A stretch of DNA of 37,163 nt from a virus (IMGVR_UViG_3300012346_000093:1-37163); one strand, 5' to 3'. Positions 18,381-26,912 are shown, numbered from the stretch's first letter. The notes: generated by a model from the sequence alone, not told the origin. Translations and numbers: made by a program.

Positions 18381-18504
18381 TTTGGTTTGTCCTTATTGAA
18401 AAAAAATCTTTCGATGTGTGAATCTTACCCTAAAAAATGGTTTATGATTCCCCCACACCACAAACAGATTCCCTGACAGTGGTGCAAAAGAAGGAGAGCC
18501 GAAG
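18381..18504. promoter_or_regulatory. Divergent promoter region
   Basis: AT-rich; -10 TATGAT (+, 18443-18448) and -10 TAAGAT (-, 18422-18427); -35 elements poor. Confidence 0.6.
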
Positions 18505-19182
18505 ATGGCTATCAATTTGAAGACGACCGGAGGCTTGACAGCCAATGGTGTGAAGTTGTTGGTTTATGGGCAAGCTGGGGCTGGCAAGACTACGCTGGTC
18601 AAGACGCTGCCCAATCCAATTGTGCTGAGTGCTGAGGGTGGCCTGCTGTCCATTCAGGATGCTGATCTGCCCTACATTGAGATCGCCTCGATGGATGATC
18701 TGCGCGAGGCCTATTCCTGGCTGACAGGCAGCGCAGAGGCGGCAGGATTTCAGTCAGTGGCTTTGGACTCGATCAGCGAGATTGCCGAGGTGTGCCTGAA
18801 CACCGAGAAGAAGGCGAACAAAGACCCGCGGGCTGCCTACGGTGCGATGCAAGAGCAGATGGCCGACATCATCCGTGCGTTCCGTGACCTTCCCGGCAAG
18901 CATGTCTACATGTCTGCCAAGCTGGAAAAGACGCAGGACGAAATGGGGCGGGTGCTGTACAGCCCTTCGATGCCCGGCAACAAAACTGGCCAAGCCCTGC
19001 CCTATTTCTTCGATGAGGTTCTGGCCTTGCGGGTCGAGCGCGATGCCGAGGGCGTGACGCAACGCGCCTTGATGTGCGACTCTGACGGCCTGTGGTTGGC
19101 AAAGGATCGCTCTGGCAAGCTGTCTGGATGGGAAGCGCCGGACTTGGGCGCGATCATTGCCAAGATTGGGGGGAAGGCATGA
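18505..19182 (+). CDS. Sak4-like ATPase / single-strand annealing protein (AAA_24)
   Basis: KLLVYGQAGAGKT, LSAEGG, VALDSISE, AKDRSG.L; SD AAGGAG; near the DUF669 SSB gene. Confidence 0.88.
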   Translation: MAINLKTTGGLTANGVKLLVYGQAGAGKTTLVKTLPNPIVLSAEGGLLSIQDADLPYIEIASMDDLREAYSWLTGSAEAAGFQSVALDSISEIAEVCLNTEKKANKDPRAAYGAMQEQMADIIRAFRDLPGKHVYMSAKLEKTQDEMGRVLYSPSMPGNKTGQALPYFFDEVLALRVERDAEGVTQRALMCDSDGLWLAKDRSGKLSGWEAPDLGAIIAKIGGKA

Positions 19183-19565
19183 TTCTCGACCAAGAAATCC
19201 AACTACGAAGCCTGGAAGGCCTTGTTGGTCACACGATCAAGGCCGTGATTGAGAGCACTGGCGGAAAGCGACATGCCCGCCTGGTGATCGTGACCGATAC
19301 CGGCTGCTGGCTTGCGCTTGATGCCACAAGCGATGGCGACCGCGACTACGAAATATTGGAGGTCGATCCGCCAGGCTTAGGCATGGCAGACATTCCGCTT
19401 GGCGATTACCTGAGCGCCCACGACGCTTTCACGCACGGCTTGATCAACAAACCGACACACAACATTTTGCGGGCGAAAGAAGAAGAGGCCGTAGCTGCTG
19501 AAAAAAAGCGCAAAGCTGATCGGCTACGCAAAGAACTCGCTGAGCTGGAAGGCGGTGCAGCATGA
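19179..19565 (+). CDS. Hypothetical protein
   Basis: ATGA-coupled at both ends (MILDQEIQ...). Confidence 0.7.
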   Translation: MILDQEIQLRSLEGLVGHTIKAVIESTGGKRHARLVIVTDTGCWLALDATSDGDRDYEILEVDPPGLGMADIPLGDYLSAHDAFTHGLINKPTHNILRAKEEEAVAAEKKRKADRLRKELAELEGGAA

Positions 19566-19957
19566 TCTCCACAACCGACATGAACGAGCTGGCGCAGATG
19601 TGGCTGCGTGCAAAACAGGCTGAGAAAGATGCAACAGAGGATCGACGCGATATTGAGGACCACATCAAGAAGCTGGCAAGAATCACTGAAAACCTCGACA
19701 GCACCCAAACCGTCGAGCCTGGGCAGTATGTCATCAAGATCGCTGGCCGCATCGACCGCAAGGTTGACGGGGACAAAGTGCAAGAGCTTGCCGCCGAGCA
19801 TGGCCTGAGCGATCACCTTGCAACGCTGTTCCGCTGGAAGCCTGAACTGAACATGTCGGCCTGGAAAGCCGCCGACGAAACGATCACAGGCCCGTTGGCC
19901 GGTGCAATTACGGCCAAGCCTGGCCGTCCGTCTTTTTCTATCACCCCCAAGGAGTAA
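19562..19957 (+). CDS. Conserved phage recombination-module protein
   Basis: W..AK..E..A...RR.IED coiled coil, RWKPEL, KPGRPSF. Confidence 0.7.
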   Translation: MISTTDMNELAQMWLRAKQAEKDATEDRRDIEDHIKKLARITENLDSTQTVEPGQYVIKIAGRIDRKVDGDKVQELAAEHGLSDHLATLFRWKPELNMSAWKAADETITGPLAGAITAKPGRPSFSITPKE

Positions 19958-19962
19958 TCATC

Positions 19963-20451
19963 ATGGCATTTTTAAACGAAGCATTTGACGTCAACGAGCT
20001 GCCGCAAGGCACAGGAAACTTTGAGCCTTTGCCTGCTGGCTGGTACACCGTGACCATCTCAGAGGCCGAGCTGAAGTCCACGAAGGCAGGCAATGGCCAG
20101 TACATCAAACTGCGCTATGACGTGACTGGCCCGACCCACCAAGGGCGCGTGGTGTTCGGCAACCTGAACATCAAGAACCCAAACCCGAAAGCGGAGGAAA
20201 TTGGGCGTCAGCAGTTGGGCGACATCATGCGTGCGATTGGCTTGGCCAAGGTCACGGACACCGACCAACTGATCGGGGGCAATCTGTCGATCAAGCTGGA
20301 CGTGAAGCAGGACGCGCAGTATGGGGCCAGCAACGAGGTGAAGGGCTTCAAGTCTGTGTCAGGTAGTGCAGCGCCTGCGGCTGCTTCTATGCCTGCATCT
20401 GGTGCCTCTGCGGCCACTGCCAAGGCCGCGCCGCCTTGGGCAAAGAAGTAA
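19963..20451 (+). CDS. DUF669-family ssDNA-binding protein
   Basis: FEPLPAGWY.VTI..AELK.TK.G.G.Y, NEVKGF, C-terminal PPW; SD AAGGAG. Confidence 0.88.
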   Translation: MAFLNEAFDVNELPQGTGNFEPLPAGWYTVTISEAELKSTKAGNGQYIKLRYDVTGPTHQGRVVFGNLNIKNPNPKAEEIGRQQLGDIMRAIGLAKVTDTDQLIGGNLSIKLDVKQDAQYGASNEVKGFKSVSGSAAPAAASMPASGASAATAKAAPPWAKK

Positions 20452-20453
20452 CC

Positions 20454-20487
20454 AAAAAAAATGCCCAGGCCGATGAGAGCCTGGGCA
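20454..20487 (-). terminator. Hairpin/terminator with its U-tract on the antisense strand
   Basis: TGCCCAGGC-N8-GCCTGGGCA preceded by A8 on the plus strand. Confidence 0.65.
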
Positions 20488-20509
20488 AATTACCCTTGAG
20501 GAGAGCAAC

Positions 20510-21541
20510 ATGAAGATACCAGAGTCAGAGCATACCATTCAGGCCTTGATTGACAAAGCGCACGAGGCAACGGCCGAGCCGCCGCGCCCTCACATGGGGG
20601 CCAGTGGGCTTGGCCACCCTTGTGACCGTTGGCTGTGGTTGTCGTTCCGTTGGGCGGTGCAGCCCTCATTTCCGGGCCGCATCCTGCGATTGTTTCGTCG
20701 TGGCCACCAAGAGGAGGCCAACATCATCAGCGACTTGCGTGCCATTGGTCTGGATGTGCGCAAGGTGTCGAGCCAGCACCGTGTTGACTTTGGCAGCCAT
20801 GTGTCTGGAAGCCTGGACGCCATCATCGACTCTGGCGTGCCTGAAGCGCCAAAGACCAAGCACGTTGCTGAGTTCAAGACCCACTCCAAAAAGTCATTCG
20901 ACGCGCTGGTCAAAGATGGCGTGGAAAAGTCAAAGCCCGAGCACTTTGTGCAGATGCAAGTCTACATGGCCGGGACTGGCTTGGACCGTGCCTTGTATCT
21001 AGCCGTGTGCAAAGACGATGACCGCATTCACACCGAGCGTGTGAAGTTCAACAAGGATGTGGCGCTGCCTGCCATTGCGCGAGGACAGCGCATTGCTCTG
21101 CTTGACCGGATGCCCGAGCCGATAAGTGCTGACCCCGCGACCTGGTATCAATGCAAGTTTTGCGAGGCTTCGCAGTTTTGCGCCTACACCAAGACCACCC
21201 AGCATGTGAATTGCCGCACCTGCGCCCTGTCAACCCCGCTGTCGGACTCGACCTGGCACTGCGTCAAGTGGGATGACGTGATCCCCGTGGATGCCCAGCG
21301 CACCGGATGCGAGGGCCATGTCCTGCACCCAGACTTGGTGCCGTGGCAGCGCAAGGATGGGCCGGACGAGTTCACTGCGGTGTACGAAATCAATGGCGTA
21401 AATGTGGCCAATGGCGATCCTGAGAACGAGGGTGTTTTTGGGTCTAAAGAACTGCTGGCCAATGCTGCCGCTTGTGCTGATAAGGGCTGGACGCAGTTGC
21501 ATGACATGCGCAAGCAGTTTGGCGGGAGGGTTGTGGGATGA
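20510..21541 (+). CDS. Cas4-like PD-(D/E)XK exonuclease
   Basis: S.LGHPCDR.LW, GSLD, EFKT, Q.Q.YM, CKFC....FC (Fe-S-type Cys set). Confidence 0.88.
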   Translation: MKIPESEHTIQALIDKAHEATAEPPRPHMGASGLGHPCDRWLWLSFRWAVQPSFPGRILRLFRRGHQEEANIISDLRAIGLDVRKVSSQHRVDFGSHVSGSLDAIIDSGVPEAPKTKHVAEFKTHSKKSFDALVKDGVEKSKPEHFVQMQVYMAGTGLDRALYLAVCKDDDRIHTERVKFNKDVALPAIARGQRIALLDRMPEPISADPATWYQCKFCEASQFCAYTKTTQHVNCRTCALSTPLSDSTWHCVKWDDVIPVDAQRTGCEGHVLHPDLVPWQRKDGPDEFTAVYEINGVNVANGDPENEGVFGSKELLANAAACADKGWTQLHDMRKQFGGRVVG

Positions 21542-21801
21542 AAACAGAATTTAACGACTGGTGGAACAAAGACCTGTTAACCGAGGACAACCCCTATGTT
21601 GAAGGAACTCCAGCTTTCTGGGCGTGGGAGGGTTGGTTGGCTGGGGTAAAAGCCGAGCGTGAGGCTTGTGCAAAGGTGTGCGAAAAAATTGCAGAAGGCG
21701 ACCCAAGCGACCCCAACAACAACGTGGCTGAATACACCATTTACGGCATAGCCATGGAATGCGTTGATGCCATCCGCGCAAGGGGCCGTGATGCTGCGTG
21801 A
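21538..21801 (+). CDS. Hypothetical protein (EREACAKVC...IRARG family)
   Basis: ATGA-coupled to the nuclease gene; lower GC. Confidence 0.7.
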   Translation: MKTEFNDWWNKDLLTEDNPYVEGTPAFWAWEGWLAGVKAEREACAKVCEKIAEGDPSDPNNNVAEYTIYGIAMECVDAIRARGRDAA

Positions 21802-21840
21802 ATACCAACAACGCACCATCGACCAGCTGTATGCGTGGTT
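21791..21840 (+). pseudogene. Relic 5' end of the helicase gene, cut by the HNH cassette
   Basis: Encodes MLREYQQRTIDQLYAW, versus MQLREYQTRALDMLYAW of the intact helicase. Confidence 0.85.
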
Positions 21841-21867
21841 GTGTTGTGTCTGTCATTCCTATAAAAT
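21839..21867 (+). promoter_or_regulatory. Sigma70-type promoter of the HNH cassette
   Basis: TTGTGT-17 bp-TAAAAT, then SD AAGGAG before ATG 21894. Confidence 0.6.
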
Positions 21868-21893
21868 GGACTTACTGACACAAGGAGAACGAC

Positions 21894-22469
21894 ATGCAAT
21901 GTGCATTTGATGGATGTGAGCGTGATGCTGTATCAAAAGGATACTGTGACAAGCATTACAGAAGGCTGCTCAAGCGTGGAGATGTCAACGACCACGGCAG
22001 TCGAAAAGTCGATGATGGAAATGCCATTGAGCGATTTCATCAAAAGTATGAGATTGACGAATCTGGATGCTGGATGTGGACTGGTGGAACAAGGCCAAAC
22101 AGCAAAGGCGTGGCGTATCCAAGGCATTGGACTGATGACCGAAAGTCAATTGGCGCACACAGGTTTTCATTTGAACTGGTACATGGAGCAATACCGCAAG
22201 GCATGTACGTTTGCCATAAATGTGACACGCCTTTGTGTGTCAATCCAAATCATCTTTTTGTTGGCACGCATCACGACAACATGCACGACATGGTGCAGAA
22301 AAAACGCTCATTTACTGGCCGTGGTGAAAATAAAAAAGGGTTGGCAAAGCTGACCAATAAGCAAGCAGACCAGATTAGAAAAATGGATATACCCCATCAA
22401 AAACTTGCAGCCATGTTTGGCGTGAGTGCAACAACTATTGGCCGGATTAAAAGTGGGGAGAGTTACTGA
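21894..22469 (+). CDS. HNH homing endonuclease
   Basis: N-terminal C...GC......GYC.KHY, GCWMWTG, AHR, VCHKCDTPLCVNPNHL..GT..DN..D, C-terminal HTH; low GC. Confidence 0.93.
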   Translation: MQCAFDGCERDAVSKGYCDKHYRRLLKRGDVNDHGSRKVDDGNAIERFHQKYEIDESGCWMWTGGTRPNSKGVAYPRHWTDDRKSIGAHRFSFELVHGAIPQGMYVCHKCDTPLCVNPNHLFVGTHHDNMHDMVQKKRSFTGRGENKKGLAKLTNKQADQIRKMDIPHQKLAAMFGVSATTIGRIKSGESY

Positions 22470-24067
22470 TGCAACTGCGTGAATATCAAACACGCGCACT
22501 GGACATGCTTTATGCGTGGTTTGAAAAGAACGCGACCGGCCATCCAGTGCTAAATATGCCAGGCGGGTCTGGCAAGTCTGTGGTGATCGCATCGCTGGCA
22601 AAGGATGCACTGCAAAATTGGCCGGACACGCGCATCTTGATGCTGGTGCATTCCAAGGAACTGATCTTGCAAAACGCCGACAAGTTGCGCAAGCTGTGGC
22701 CAGGTGCGCCGCTTGGCATTTACAGCGCCAGCGTGGGCAGGCGCGATCTTGGGGAGCCGATCACATACGCTGGCATTGGCTCTGTGGCCAAACGTGCCAA
22801 GGAGATCGGACACATTGACCTGTGCATCATTGACGAGGTGCACGCTGTCTCAACTGCTGAGGGTGGCATTTACCGCAAACTGATCGCTGACCTGTTGAAG
22901 ATCAACCCGGCCATGCGGATTGTGGGCCTGAGCGCCAGCCCGTATCGTCTTGGCCAGGGTCTGATAACCGAAGGGCCGACCGCGATCTTTTCCGAGATTT
23001 TGGAACCGGTAAGCATTGAGGAGTTGGTCTTCAAAACCCACCTTGTGCCGCTGCGCTCAAAAATTACTAAGCACAAGCTGGACACCGATGGACTGCACAA
23101 GCGCCAGGGCGAATACATCGCATCCGAGATGGAGGCCAAGTTCAACACCGATGACCACAACCATGCCGTGGTGCAGGAGATCATTGAAAAGGCAATCAGT
23201 CGCAAGCACTGGTTGATTTTCTGCTCTGGTGTTGCGCACTCTGAGGCCGTGGCCGAGTGCCTGCGTGCTGCTGGCATTGCTGCCGAAGCCCTGGACGCAA
23301 CGCACAGCAAAGCGGAGCGAGAGCGCAAGCTGACCGACTTTGAATCTGGCAAGTTGCGTGCGCTGTGCAACGTAGGGATTTTGACCACTGGTTACGACTT
23401 TCCCGCGCTGGACTGCATTGCATTCTTACGGTCCACGATGTCGCCTGGGCTGTACCTGCAAATGGCCGTGCGAGGCATGAGGCCGCACTCTGGCAAGGCT
23501 GACTGCCTGGTGCTGGACTTCGCCGGGGTGGTGGAAATGCACGGCCCGATCACGAATGTGCAGCCGCCGAAGAAGTCGGCAGGCGATGGGGAGGGTGAGG
23601 CACCCGTGAAGGTGTGCGATGCGTGCGGGGAGCTGGTGCACATCTCAGCGATGACTTGCCCGGCCTGCGGTGCGGCATTCCCTGAGCCGGTAAAGAAGGC
23701 AATGGTGTTGCGAAATGACGACATCATGGGACTGGAAGGAAAGGAGCTTGAGGTAAGCGCTTGGGCGTGGCGTGAGCACGTCAGCAAGGCCTCCGGCAAG
23801 CAGATGCTGGCCGTGACCTACTACGGCGGTCTAAGTGATGCGCCGATCACCGAATACCTGCCGATCTTGCATGAAGGCTATGCAGGTCAGCGTGCCATGA
23901 GCCAGTTGGTAAGCATGGCCAACAGCGCCAGCATTGTGGACGGCGGCCTGAATGTGCAGACCATGATTGAGATGGTCCAAAACCTCAACAACGCCACGCC
24001 GCCGAAGTTGATCGAGTATCGCAAGGACGGGAAATTCTTTCGTGTTTTAAAAAGGAGCTGGGAATGA
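22469..24067 (+). CDS. Superfamily 2 DEAD/DEAH helicase (RadD/YejH-like)
   Basis: LREYQ, GSGKS, DEVH, SAS, LTTGYD, QMAVRGMR, CxxC-CxxC zinc finger. Confidence 0.95.
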   Translation: MQLREYQTRALDMLYAWFEKNATGHPVLNMPGGSGKSVVIASLAKDALQNWPDTRILMLVHSKELILQNADKLRKLWPGAPLGIYSASVGRRDLGEPITYAGIGSVAKRAKEIGHIDLCIIDEVHAVSTAEGGIYRKLIADLLKINPAMRIVGLSASPYRLGQGLITEGPTAIFSEILEPVSIEELVFKTHLVPLRSKITKHKLDTDGLHKRQGEYIASEMEAKFNTDDHNHAVVQEIIEKAISRKHWLIFCSGVAHSEAVAECLRAAGIAAEALDATHSKAERERKLTDFESGKLRALCNVGILTTGYDFPALDCIAFLRSTMSPGLYLQMAVRGMRPHSGKADCLVLDFAGVVEMHGPITNVQPPKKSAGDGEGEAPVKVCDACGELVHISAMTCPACGAAFPEPVKKAMVLRNDDIMGLEGKELEVSAWAWREHVSKASGKQMLAVTYYGGLSDAPITEYLPILHEGYAGQRAMSQLVSMANSASIVDGGLNVQTMIEMVQNLNNATPPKLIEYRKDGKFFRVLKRSWE

Positions 24068-24210
24068 TCGACGAAACAGTGAAGGCGCAAAAGCTGCGCG
24101 AGTGTGACCTGTGCAAGTTGCAAAGCGAGCCACGTGGCGGGGTTGAGGTGCGCCAGAAGTGGCACTGTGCCAAGTGCTGGGTGAAGGCAATGCAAAGGGG
24201 ATTGAAATGA
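24064..24210 (+). CDS. Small zinc-finger protein (48 aa); not in ORF track
   Basis: MIDETVKAQKLRECDLC...WHCAKCW...; ATGA-coupled at both ends. Confidence 0.7.
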   Translation: MIDETVKAQKLRECDLCKLQSEPRGGVEVRQKWHCAKCWVKAMQRGLK

Positions 24211-24815
24211 GAGTCTTGATCGCCTGCGAATCCAGCGGAGCGGTGCGGGATGCATTTCGTGCGCAGGGTCACTTTGCCATGTCGTGTGATCTGCTGCCTA
24301 GCGAACAGCCAGGGCCGCACCATCAAGGCGATGTGCGTGAGCTGCTGAGTCAAGAGTGGGACTTGCTGATCGCACACCCGCCTTGCACCTATCTGTCTGT
24401 CAGTGGTATGCACTGGACCACCCGTGGCCTGCGCGACCCCAAGCTGACCGAAGACGCGCTGGACTTTGTGCGCTTGTTCATGGACGCGCCTATCAAGCGC
24501 ATCGCCATCGAGAACCCTGTCAGCGTCATTAGCTCGCGCATCCGCAAGCCCGACCAAATCATTCAGCCGAACCAGTTTGGCCACGACGCCAGCAAGAAGA
24601 CCTGCTTGTGGCTCAAGGGCTTGCCGTTGCTCAGACCAACGCGGATGGTTGAGCCACGCATCATCAACGGCAAACCGCGTTGGGGCAACCAGACTGACAG
24701 CGGACAAAACAAACTGCCTCCGAGCAAAGACCGTTGGAAGCTGCGCAGCAAGACATATCAAGGCATTGCGGACGCGATGGCAGATCAATGGGGAAACTTT
24801 AAGGAATTGAAATGA
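24207..24815 (+). CDS. Short DNA cytosine-C5 methyltransferase-like protein
   Basis: MRVLIACESSG, SCDL, GDV, AHPPCT (catalytic PC), IENP, Q..QFGH...KKTCLW. Confidence 0.8.
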   Translation: MRVLIACESSGAVRDAFRAQGHFAMSCDLLPSEQPGPHHQGDVRELLSQEWDLLIAHPPCTYLSVSGMHWTTRGLRDPKLTEDALDFVRLFMDAPIKRIAIENPVSVISSRIRKPDQIIQPNQFGHDASKKTCLWLKGLPLLRPTRMVEPRIINGKPRWGNQTDSGQNKLPPSKDRWKLRSKTYQGIADAMADQWGNFKELK

Positions 24816-25006
24816 GCCGCCATGCCGAACCGGATTTTGTGACCGACTACAAGCGCTGGCTGGCCGCTGGCCCACCGCGCTGCTGCCACACGTGCGAGCA
24901 CTACGGCACCGATGGGATGTGTGTGGAGTTCTTCATGCAGCCGCCAGCAGAGTTTGCCGAGGCTGTGGGCGAGTGCCCGAAGTGGGAACAGGAGGTGCCG
25001 TTTTGA
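24812..25006 (+). CDS. Small Cys-rich hypothetical protein
   Basis: CCHTC...C...C..W, ends in VPF; coupled. Confidence 0.7.
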   Translation: MSRHAEPDFVTDYKRWLAAGPPRCCHTCEHYGTDGMCVEFFMQPPAEFAEAVGECPKWEQEVPF

Positions 25007-25359
25007 GCGCCGAACCAATTCCCAGCGAAGACCGCGAGCAAATGCTGTTTGTTCAATGGTTTCGCCGCACATACCCCGATGTTCGCATCTTTGCCATCCC
25101 GAACGGTGGCCATCGCCACCCTGCCGTGGCCGCCAAGTTGAAGGCTACCGGGGCATCTGCTGGCGTGCCTGACCTGTTCATTCCTGCCTGGAAGCTGTGG
25201 ATTGAGATGAAGCGCACGAAGGGCGGGAGCGTGAGTTCCGATCAAAAAGACTGGATCAAGTATCTTGAGGAAGTGGGGTATTGTGTTAAAGTGTGCAAAG
25301 GTGCTGAGGCTGCAAAAGCGCAGATTCAGGCCTTTTTAACCATCACAAATTTGGAGTGA
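25003..25359 (+). CDS. VRR-NUC domain nuclease
   Basis: TTG start with SD GGAGGT; E..EQ, FAIPNGG, GVPDL, IEMKR..GG..S..QK.W. Confidence 0.9.
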   Translation: MSAEPIPSEDREQMLFVQWFRRTYPDVRIFAIPNGGHRHPAVAAKLKATGASAGVPDLFIPAWKLWIEMKRTKGGSVSSDQKDWIKYLEEVGYCVKVCKGAEAAKAQIQAFLTITNLE

Positions 25360-25362
25360 GAA

Positions 25363-25584
25363 ATGAGCACAAGAATTTATGTCGTGACAGACATTGAGAG
25401 CAACCGCCACCGACTGGTGAGAGCCGCAAACCAGGCGCAGGCCATGCGGCATGTGGCCCAGGCCTGCTTTGATGTTGAGGTGGCATCGCAGGATGATCTG
25501 GTCAACTTGCTGAGTAGCGGCCACCCGATTGAGTTGGCAGGTGTCGGGGCCACTGTGGACATGTTTGAAGCTGATGGTGAGTGA
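25363..25584 (+). CDS. Hypothetical protein
   Basis: SD GGAG; RLVRA.NQAQA.RHVA. Confidence 0.75.
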   Translation: MSTRIYVVTDIESNRHRLVRAANQAQAMRHVAQACFDVEVASQDDLVNLLSSGHPIELAGVGATVDMFEADGE

Positions 25585-25739
25585 TGACCACCGCCGTGAA
25601 AGACCGCTACATGACGATTCGGCTGCCTGCCGATGTGGAGCGTGAGCTGCGCAAGATGGCCGAGGCCAACACCCGCACGCTGGCCGCGCAGATCCTGCAT
25701 TTGGTCAAGCTGGGAATTGCCAAGGAGAGCAAGGCATGA
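25584..25739 (+). CDS. Arc-like ribbon-helix-helix regulator (51 aa); not in ORF track
   Basis: MTIRLPADVERELRKMAEANTRTLAAQI matches the Arc pattern; TGATG coupling. Confidence 0.85.
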   Translation: MTTAVKDRYMTIRLPADVERELRKMAEANTRTLAAQILHLVKLGIAKESKA

Positions 25740-25894
25740 CCAAAGAACAAGCCTTGGCAGCAATCAAACTGTTGTCTGCAATGGAGTCGTGGGCATTCAG
25801 CCAGCCTGCGGCAAGTCTCCCTGACTATTTGCACGAAGATTTGTGCAAGTCAATGGATGTGTTGGAAGCAATCATTTTGGAGAAAAAACCATGA
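25736..25894 (+). CDS. Small hypothetical protein (52 aa); not in ORF track
   Basis: SD AAGGAG; MTKEQALAAIKLLSAMESWAF...; ATGA-coupled at both ends. Confidence 0.7.
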   Translation: MTKEQALAAIKLLSAMESWAFSQPAASLPDYLHEDLCKSMDVLEAIILEKKP

Positions 25895-26337
25895 CCAGCT
25901 ACGAACGCACCGAAGCATGGCTCAAAGCCTGCGGCAAAGAGCCTGACACCGAAAATCTGTCTGTGCAGATTGGCTGCCACCTTGAAGAATTCTGCGAGTT
26001 TCTTGGGGCTCTGCGCTCTGATTCTGAGGGTTACGGCAAGCTGCTGGAGCGCACGCGCACCGATCTGGAATGGTTCGCTGGCAAACTGAAGCGCCGAGAG
26101 CAGTTTGTTTACATCCCTGTGCACCTTCGCGCCGATGCGCTGGACGCCCTGTGCGACACCGAGGTGACTGGCAATGGCGTGGCCTACATGGCAGAAATGG
26201 ACAAGCCGGGGGCTGATGCTGCCGTGCTGGACTCCAACGATGCCAAGCTGGTCGACGGCAAGCCTGTGATTTTGGAAGGCGGGAAGATCGGCAAGCCGCC
26301 CGGGTGGAAAGCCCCTGACCTGCGGGGGTTCGTGTGA
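25891..26337 (+). CDS. MazG-like/PRA-PH-type nucleotide pyrophosphohydrolase
   Basis: EEF.E, LDALCD, V..SN..K, GKI.KP.GW..PDL. Confidence 0.8.
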   Translation: MTSYERTEAWLKACGKEPDTENLSVQIGCHLEEFCEFLGALRSDSEGYGKLLERTRTDLEWFAGKLKRREQFVYIPVHLRADALDALCDTEVTGNGVAYMAEMDKPGADAAVLDSNDAKLVDGKPVILEGGKIGKPPGWKAPDLRGFV

Positions 26338-26831
26338 AGAAGGCCGGGAAGAAGCGCCCGGCCCAACGAGCCAAGCATTACACCATTCTTGACGAGATGA
26401 TGGCCAGCCCCACCGAGCCACTGCCGCTGGAGTACCGCACGCACCAGCTCACGCGCATGTATGAGGGGCTGGCCGCCATGGAAAAAGGTGCAAGCCCTAC
26501 GACCGACGATTGGCGGGTCGTGTCGGATGCGGTCAACCTGATGGAAACGCTGATCGAGGCCATGAAGGTCTGCGAGGACGCTTCAGGCCTGCTGATGGAT
26601 GCCATTACCGCGCTGGCCATGGCAGGCAGGCGCAACCTGGCTGGCGCTGCGATCCGGCTGGACGGTGCAGGCATTCAGGCCGTGAGGGCCATTCTGGAGG
26701 ACTACGCGGCCCTGCTGGACGTGCTGCCTGCACGCACGATGATTCGATGCCACCGCCTGACCGAAAAACGACTGCATGACCTGCTGGATGGAAAGCGCAA
26801 ACCGCACGACGTTGAAATCACTGCGATGTAA
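26334..26831 (+). CDS. Hypothetical protein
   Basis: 165 aa helical; GTGA overlap with the upstream gene. Confidence 0.75.
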   Translation: MKKAGKKRPAQRAKHYTILDEMMASPTEPLPLEYRTHQLTRMYEGLAAMEKGASPTTDDWRVVSDAVNLMETLIEAMKVCEDASGLLMDAITALAMAGRRNLAGAAIRLDGAGIQAVRAILEDYAALLDVLPARTMIRCHRLTEKRLHDLLDGKRKPHDVEITAM

Positions 26832-26865
26832 GGGTTTGTCCTAGGTTGATTGGACTGTGAGATAT

Positions 26866-26876
26866 TGTGGTAAGAT
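26866..26876 (+). promoter_or_regulatory. Extended -10 promoter for the small-ORF (early/accessory) operon
   Basis: TGTGG-TAAGAT in an intergenic gap, followed by SD GGAG and ATG 26913. Confidence 0.6.
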
Positions 26877-26912
26877 GTGGGCATCGCAACAAACCAAACC
26901 GGAGTAACCGAC

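Noticed and set aside
20510-21541. Cas4-like gene as evidence of CRISPR-Cas
   Set aside because: No array or other cas genes; solo Cas4-like nucleases are common in phage recombination modules.
21841-22510. Group I intron or intein around the HNH
   Set aside because: Only ~50 nt of non-coding flank, too little for a ribozyme core; the helicase has its own new start.
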